Virus record (IMG/VR): IMGVR_UViG_3300042887_002597
Span: 110,234 to 131,354 of that record
Reading direction: 5' to 3' (one strand)
DNA: 21,121 nt
Origin: a virus
Taxonomy: Duplodnaviria; Heunggongvirae; Uroviricota; Caudoviricetes
Of the stretch, positions 16,683 through 21,121 are shown in pieces. Below the pieces are notes generated by a model. That model made no database searches, was not told the origin of the DNA, and saw only the letters and a list, made by a program, of their open reading frames with translations. A program made the translations under genes and the position numbers. Position 1 is the first letter of the stretch. Every line of letters starts with the position of its first letter.

Positions 16683-17827
16683 TTAGCAAAGAACTCTTTA
16701 ATCTTATCACAAACGTAGTCAACGTCTTCGATGGTCATTCCATGGTGAGCTCCTAATAAGAATCCATTCTTCATAATTGCATCTGAGTTATCAAATGGTT
16801 GTAGGTACTCTCTATAAACTGGGTGACGGGTTACGTTACCGGCAAAGGTTACACGAGTTTGGATACTATTGTCTTCCAAGAAGGTTAGCAACTCTAATCG
16901 TCTCTCTGTCTGCAACGGAATAGCTAACCAATTTGGTTGGATGCTATCATCTGGTAAGATTAACTCTTTTACATCCTTCAAGTTCTCAAGATAGCGTTCA
17001 ATGTTAGCTCGACGAGTATCTTTGTAAGTCTCGAAGCGCTCTAACTGTACTAAGCCAAATGCTGCACTCATCTCACTGCACTTCATGTTATAACCTAATA
17101 CTCCATAAAGGAACTTGTGATCGTAAGGAATGCCATCTACTTTATGGTTAAAGCGATCGTCCATGATCTCTGAGTTGTCTCCAATACGTCCCCAATCACG
17201 ATACTGTAATGCTCTCTCCACATGCTTCTTGTCGTTAAACATAACCATACCACCAGTACCACCTGCTGTGATAATGTGACTTGCATAGAAGCTAGTAGTC
17301 GCTACATCAGTCTCTTCTGTGTAGGTGATTGTATCTGCAGAGTCTTCGATTACATAAATGTCTGTACGACCTATACGCTCAAGTTCAGCTCGCAAAGATG
17401 CCCAATCAGGTTTGTTACCAATAAGGTTGGGTACCATAATTGCTTTTGTATCGCTATCGATTGCAGCAATAATATCAGCTACAGTTGGTACATAGGAAGT
17501 TAATCCTACATCAACAAATACTGGCTTGTATCCTAATTGAATGATCGGTGCTAATGTTGTTGAGAATGTACATGCTGGTGTAATCACTTTACATCCTTTT
17601 GGAAGGTCTAGTGCTGCTAATGCTAGTAAGCAAGCTGATGATCCAGAATTAACGAATACACCATACTTCTTACCAAAGCGCTTTGCAATCTTCTCTTCAA
17701 ACTCAATTGAACGAGGTCCAAATCCAGCTAACCAACCGTCTCGTAAGCAGGCTTCAACTGCCTTGATTTCCTCTTCCCCATAAGATTCAAACTTATTAGG
17801 GGCATACCATACTTTTCTTGTACTCAT
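16679..17827 (-). CDS. DegT/DnrJ/EryC1/StrS-family PLP enzyme, His-type NDP-4-keto-6-deoxyhexose 3-dehydratase (E1/RfbH- or ColD-like)
   Basis: VNSGSSA, PACTFSTT, EDSAD, SFYASHIIT with His at the Schiff-base Lys position, RDWGR, YDHKF, LGYNMK, and TRVTFAGNVTRHP as in E1/RfbH. The Fe-S cysteines are absent. Confidence 0.85.
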   Translation of the reverse strand: MSTRKVWYAPNKFESYGEEEIKAVEACLRDGWLAGFGPRSIEFEEKIAKRFGKKYGVFVNSGSSACLLALAALDLPKGCKVITPACTFSTTLAPIIQLGYKPVFVDVGLTSYVPTVADIIAAIDSDTKAIMVPNLIGNKPDWASLRAELERIGRTDIYVIEDSADTITYTEETDVATTSFYASHIITAGGTGGMVMFNDKKHVERALQYRDWGRIGDNSEIMDDRFNHKVDGIPYDHKFLYGVLGYNMKCSEMSAAFGLVQLERFETYKDTRRANIERYLENLKDVKELILPDDSIQPNWLAIPLQTERRLELLTFLEDNSIQTRVTFAGNVTRHPVYREYLQPFDNSDAIMKNGFLLGAHHGMTIEDVDYVCDKIKEFFAK

Positions 17828-18435
17828 AACGTATTATAATAATTGTTTTGTTTTTCTTGTTTTTTTATTGTCTTAGGATGAAATAATGCATACTCTTCTG
17901 ATACTGGAAGATACGTAAATTGTTTGTGATTTACAAGGATTTCGTGAACTTTATTTTGCCACTTGATATTGCCATCGTTTCGATAGATTCTATGTTGCCA
18001 GTCTGGCCAGTTTACCCAACCATTACCATCAACTCTCCAACCCCATTGCTGTATATGCTCCTGTGTCAATCCTTCTACTGTATTCACTCGTGGTACCAGA
18101 TATACATCAACGTCAGGATTGGCTTCTACAATTGCTGGTAGGGTTTCTATGAAGTGAAGGTGTGGATATTCATCTGCATCAATTTGAAAGACGTAGTCGC
18201 CTGTGCATAGTTCTGTTAGTTTATTCTTCCACTCCGCAAAGTTGTGTTGAAAGTTGTCCCACACAAATTTAATTCCTTCTACCGACTTTAGGTAGTCAAA
18301 CGTCTCCTTAGTGCCGTTGTTGTCGTATAACACAACAATCTCGTCTTGCTCTCGCTTATTCTCAAGAAGAAGGTCAAGCAAACGCTTAACCTCTTCTAAT
18401 TCATTGCATACTGTAATTGCGTAACTAATTTTCAT
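17824..18435 (-). CDS. GT2-family glycosyltransferase (KdtX/WaaE-like short form)
   Basis: ISYAITVCNE, VVLYD, FQIDADE (DxD), VPRVN, PDWQHRIYRN, WQNKVHE. Confidence 0.85.
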   Translation of the reverse strand: MKISYAITVCNELEEVKRLLDLLLENKREQDEIVVLYDNNGTKETFDYLKSVEGIKFVWDNFQHNFAEWKNKLTELCTGDYVFQIDADEYPHLHFIETLPAIVEANPDVDVYLVPRVNTVEGLTQEHIQQWGWRVDGNGWVNWPDWQHRIYRNDGNIKWQNKVHEILVNHKQFTYLPVSEEYALFHPKTIKKQEKQNNYYNTL

Positions 18436-18438
18436 GTG

Positions 18439-18906
18439 TTAGGATTTGATTAGTCCCACATACTTACAAGCTTCGGTAAACTCTGTTTGCTCGAAGTCTT
18501 TAGCTAAGCTCATATCCAGTCTCTTGGTATAGAACTCTCCTGGCTTTCCAGGGATTGGATACTTTGTTTTCTCAGACTCAGCTACATTAACTGCTGGAGC
18601 TGCTTTCCATTTCCAATCCTCTTTAGTTTTACCATCTACAAAGACGATTCCTAAGGAAGGTACGTTGAGTACTGTAGGGTACCATGTAATACCTCGCTCA
18701 CTATCTACGAATTTAATATCCTTATATAGTTCTGGCATTGGTTGCTCAAAGCCCAACAAGTCTTCTGTTCCTGTCTTAAATAAGTCGTTTGAGGTATAAC
18801 CACATCCCATACAAAGGTAAGAGGTCATTTCATTCTCCATCTCCTCGTGAAAGCAATTATGTGATCCACAATGTGGACATATTATTTTACTACTATTAGA
18901 TTCCAT
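18439..18906 (-). CDS. Hypothetical protein with N-terminal Zn-ribbon
   Basis: CPHC-x18-CMGC tetra-Cys motif at the N-terminus; the frame tiles between its neighbours. Confidence 0.8.
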   Translation of the reverse strand: MESNSSKIICPHCGSHNCFHEEMENEMTSYLCMGCGYTSNDLFKTGTEDLLGFEQPMPELYKDIKFVDSERGITWYPTVLNVPSLGIVFVDGKTKEDWKWKAAPAVNVAESEKTKYPIPGKPGEFYTKRLDMSLAKDFEQTEFTEACKYVGLIKS

Positions 18907-19114
18907 ATTCCAAAGTTATTGTATAGATACTATTCTCATTGACCAAATCTCTTAGCCTTTCAAACACCTCTCGAGTGCTTCTAATTGCAAATCTACCGTA
19001 CATCTGCTCTGTCTGCACAATTTCTTGTTGAAATTGAGAGTCTGTGCTCGTTAGTATTTGTATTACGTAAGTGTGAGTAGAACTCTCATACGTTGTTGCT
19101 CTGTATTCAATCAT
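18896..19114 (-). CDS. Hypothetical protein (72 aa)
   Basis: The ORF fills the gap, with short overlaps at both ends (11 nt and 8 nt). No motif recognised. Confidence 0.7.
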   Translation of the reverse strand: MIEYRATTYESSTHTYVIQILTSTDSQFQQEIVQTEQMYGRFAIRSTREVFERLRDLVNENSIYTITLEYGI

Positions 19115-19256
19115 TTAATCGTTGTTTATATGTTTGCGTGCTTTCTTGCACATTGTTAGCTGCTGCTAGTAACTGTCGTGGATCCACTGAGGTTCCAGAT
19201 ACGATAGCTGTGTTAGCTAAGCCTTTGGCGTATTGAACAAATTGCTCTGGTGTCAT
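19107..19256 (-). CDS. Small hypothetical protein (49 aa)
   Basis: Not in the ORF track. MTPEQFVQYAKGLANTAIVSGTSVDPRQLLAAANNVQESTQTYKQRLND*. It starts in a TAATG overlap with the GT4 stop and ends in an ATGATTGA overlap with the next start. Confidence 0.75.
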   Translation of the reverse strand: MTPEQFVQYAKGLANTAIVSGTSVDPRQLLAAANNVQESTQTYKQRLND

Positions 19257-20569
19257 TATGCTTCTATTTTTTTAAGTTTTGGTAATTCGATTTTCTTAAG
19301 CTGTGGTAGCTTTAGTTCAGCTTGTACTGCAAACTCTGGTACGTTTCTATCTAAGATGTCTTTGAGCTTATCTACCATTGCATCAAAATTCCATTCCTTC
19401 TTAATCAAAGTTGCTTGCTTCTTTGCACCAATCTCATAGTCTTTTGGATTATCTACAATGTGCTTCATAACACCACTTGCATATCCATAGTCTACAGTAA
19501 ACCACTGTGATTCAGGTAATATCATCTTATCCCACACGGCTGATGGATGTACATTTTCCATGGTTCCTGGTAGTAGCACTGCTTCTTTTAGGAACTCAGT
19601 ATGAGCTGAGTAGTTAGTAGCTATTACTGGCTTTTGGCTTAAGGCTGCTTCTGCTAATGGACGTCCAAATCCTTCTCCTTTTGTAAAAGTAATATGAGCT
19701 TTCACCTTAGGGTGGTTATATAGGCTATTCATTTCACTATCCGTAAAATCACCATGTATAAAGTACACGTTTGGTAAATTCTGGCCAGTCACTGTACTAT
19801 ATACCACTCTCAACTTATCAATAATAGCCTCTTTGTCTACAGGACTATAGTCAGCTCCTGATGTCTTGATAAGGAGGGCTGGTTGGTTGTGCTTGGCTTT
19901 GTTCTTGAAGGTTTCCAAAAAGGTTCTAATAAGCATTCCAACATTCTTTCTGTCAGCACCTAAGTCGCCTTTTAGCCAATGACCAACAAACAAGAAGCAA
20001 AACTTTTCCTTTACTTGGCTTAGTTGTTCATCTACTGACTTGTGGATGTCCTTTGTTGCGAAGTACTTATCTAAACGAACACCTTCGAATAACACCTCAA
20101 TTGGCTTTTCTACTTTAAGGTCTTGTACTTTCTGCTTTGTGTTATTGTCTATTTGCTCATATGCACAAGCTAAAAATACATCTTTTGCAAAGTCGCTGGA
20201 TGTGATTGTTAGGTCCATACGATTAATTCCTTCAACCCACTCAGCAGCTGCAATAGTAGTTTCTATACCAGCTGTTACACCTATGTTATATTTTCCTACT
20301 CGTTGAAACTCGTTAGGTACTGTTATTTGTATAAACAACTCCGGTTGTCTATCTAGTTGTGGTTGTGGTAATAATCTCTTAGCTATCTCAACATGCTCTG
20401 GATTGGTCATGTCTAGGGCATTGTTAGGAGTTGAACCCCAAACTGTTGGGAATATCTTTACTTCGTACTTATCTAACTTCAACAACGCTGTAACTAAATC
20501 ACGTGATCTTGCACCATAGCCACTTGCAGTGCCTACTGGTGCCATAATTAAACATAATGGTTTATTCAT
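19256..20569 (-). CDS. GT4-family (GT-B) glycosyltransferase
   Basis: SGYGARSRD N-terminal loop, FLFVGHW, RKNVGMLI, KGEGFGRPLAEAA (E-x7-E), KPVIATNYSAHTEF. Confidence 0.9.
   Translation of the reverse strand: MNKPLCLIMAPVGTASGYGARSRDLVTALLKLDKYEVKIFPTVWGSTPNNALDMTNPEHVEIAKRLLPQPQLDRQPELFIQITVPNEFQRVGKYNIGVTAGIETTIAAAEWVEGINRMDLTITSSDFAKDVFLACAYEQIDNNTKQKVQDLKVEKPIEVLFEGVRLDKYFATKDIHKSVDEQLSQVKEKFCFLFVGHWLKGDLGADRKNVGMLIRTFLETFKNKAKHNQPALLIKTSGADYSPVDKEAIIDKLRVVYSTVTGQNLPNVYFIHGDFTDSEMNSLYNHPKVKAHITFTKGEGFGRPLAEAALSQKPVIATNYSAHTEFLKEAVLLPGTMENVHPSAVWDKMILPESQWFTVDYGYASGVMKHIVDNPKDYEIGAKKQATLIKKEWNFDAMVDKLKDILDRNVPEFAVQAELKLPQLKKIELPKLKKIEA
19262..19309 (-). repeat. Imperfect 24-nt tandem repeat encoding LP[Q/K]LKKIE twice at the GT4 C-terminus
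   Basis: Minus strand CTACCACAGCTTAAGAAAATCGAA then TTACCAAAACTTAAAAAAATAGAA. The peptide is conserved while synonymous positions differ. Confidence 0.7.
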
Positions 20570-21121
20570 AACTTAATACTATTCCGGTTTTTCTATTTTT
20601 ATACTTATCTAACTCTGCTTGTACATTATACACCTTAAATCTCTTAGGTGCAACGTAATTATCCAATACAGTAGTACACGCATTAGCAAAGTTACTACAC
20701 ATACTTTCAGCTGTGAATCCTGCTTCATCTGACATTGCCCACTCACGACCTGCTAATCCACACTCCACTCTCTCTTGTGTTGGAGTTTCGTACCAAGCCA
20801 TCATAGCTTTTGCTACATCTCGTATATCAGCTCTATCATCGAAGATATATGGAGTTGGAACTGATCCTTGCAAGTTAATTGCTGCTGGGAAGACTGGCTT
20901 AACCCATTTTCCATGCTTCTTATACTTGCCAGTGTGATTAGTTGCAAACTCAGCTGTAAACTTTATCCACTCTCCATTCTCATCCTCAAAACGACATTGG
21001 TCTTGTAGACCTCCAGTAACATTATTAATGATAGGTGTACCGCACATCATAGACTCAGTACTACTTAATCCCCATCCTTCGTTTGAACCTATGTTAATAG
21101 TAACGTCACATGAGTTGTATA
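20562..21121 (-). CDS. GT4-family glycosyltransferase, C-terminal part (5' end outside the window)
   Basis: The frame stays open upstream of the track's Met at 21050: YNSCDVTINIGSNEGWGLSSTESMMCGTPII carries the GT4 E-x7-E motif, followed by NVTGGLQDQC and PTPYIFDDR. Confidence 0.9.
   Translation of the reverse strand, partial: YNSCDVTINIGSNEGWGLSSTESMMCGTPIINNVTGGLQDQCRFEDENGEWIKFTAEFATNHTGKYKKHGKWVKPVFPAAINLQGSVPTPYIFDDRADIRDVAKAMMAWYETPTQERVECGLAGREWAMSDEAGFTAESMCSNFANACTTVLDNYVAPKRFKVYNVQAELDKYKNRKTGIVLSYE

Noticed and set aside
16679-17827. Ordinary sugar aminotransferase (WecE/PerA/VioA type)
   Set aside because: The Schiff-base Lys position holds His, and E1-specific RDWGR and YDHK motifs are present.
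789-20937. All plus-strand ORFs in the track (63-113 aa)
   Set aside because: They lie antisense to long, motif-bearing minus-strand genes, have no recognisable motifs, and are expected shadow frames.
20562-21050. A complete 162-aa protein starting at 21050
   Set aside because: The frame is open to the window edge and the GT4 E-x7-E motif lies upstream of that Met, so this is a truncated larger gene.
1-21121. tRNA, rRNA, CRISPR arrays, IS elements, terminators
   Set aside because: Coding sequence fills the window and the largest gap is 29 nt. I saw no spaced repeats, transposase motifs or stem-loop plus U-tract by eye; a computational scan was not possible.

Overview
An AT-rich window with 23 contiguous CDS, all on the minus strand. 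Two are cut by the window edges, and two are missing from the supplied ORF track: the aldolase at <1..626 and a 49-aa ORF at 19107..19256. It reads as one glycan-biosynthesis super-operon, with 18 of 22 gene junctions overlapping. In transcription order (right to left): two GT4 glycosyltransferases; three small ORFs, one with a Zn-ribbon; a GT2; a His-type PLP sugar 3-dehydratase that lacks the Fe-S cysteines; a GT-B-like orphan; a GDP-mannose 3,5-epimerase; an RmlD-like reductase; and a GT8-like protein. A five-gene module follows: a cupin-nucleotidyltransferase-kinase fusion, an SdhL-type shikimate-dehydrogenase-like protein, a GatZ/KbaZ-like TIM barrel, a SAM methyltransferase and a HAD phosphatase. 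Then come an orphan, a GT2-GT10 fusion, a GT-A-like orphan, RmlB, a ThDP enzyme and the DmpF/DmpG (MhpF/MhpE) pair. Main inference: RmlB, the 3-dehydratase, DmpG/F, the ThDP carboligase and the reductase form a route to a C4-branched higher-carbon sugar of the yersiniose/erwiniose type, and the five-gene module builds a second, unidentified activated sugar or polyol. I see no membrane, flippase, polymerase or initiating-transferase gene. Together with the small orphan ORFs, this suggests a large-phage glycosylation island rather than a cellular O-antigen locus. No phage hallmark gene is in the window, so the origin is inference. I found no RNA genes, CRISPR arrays or mobile elements.
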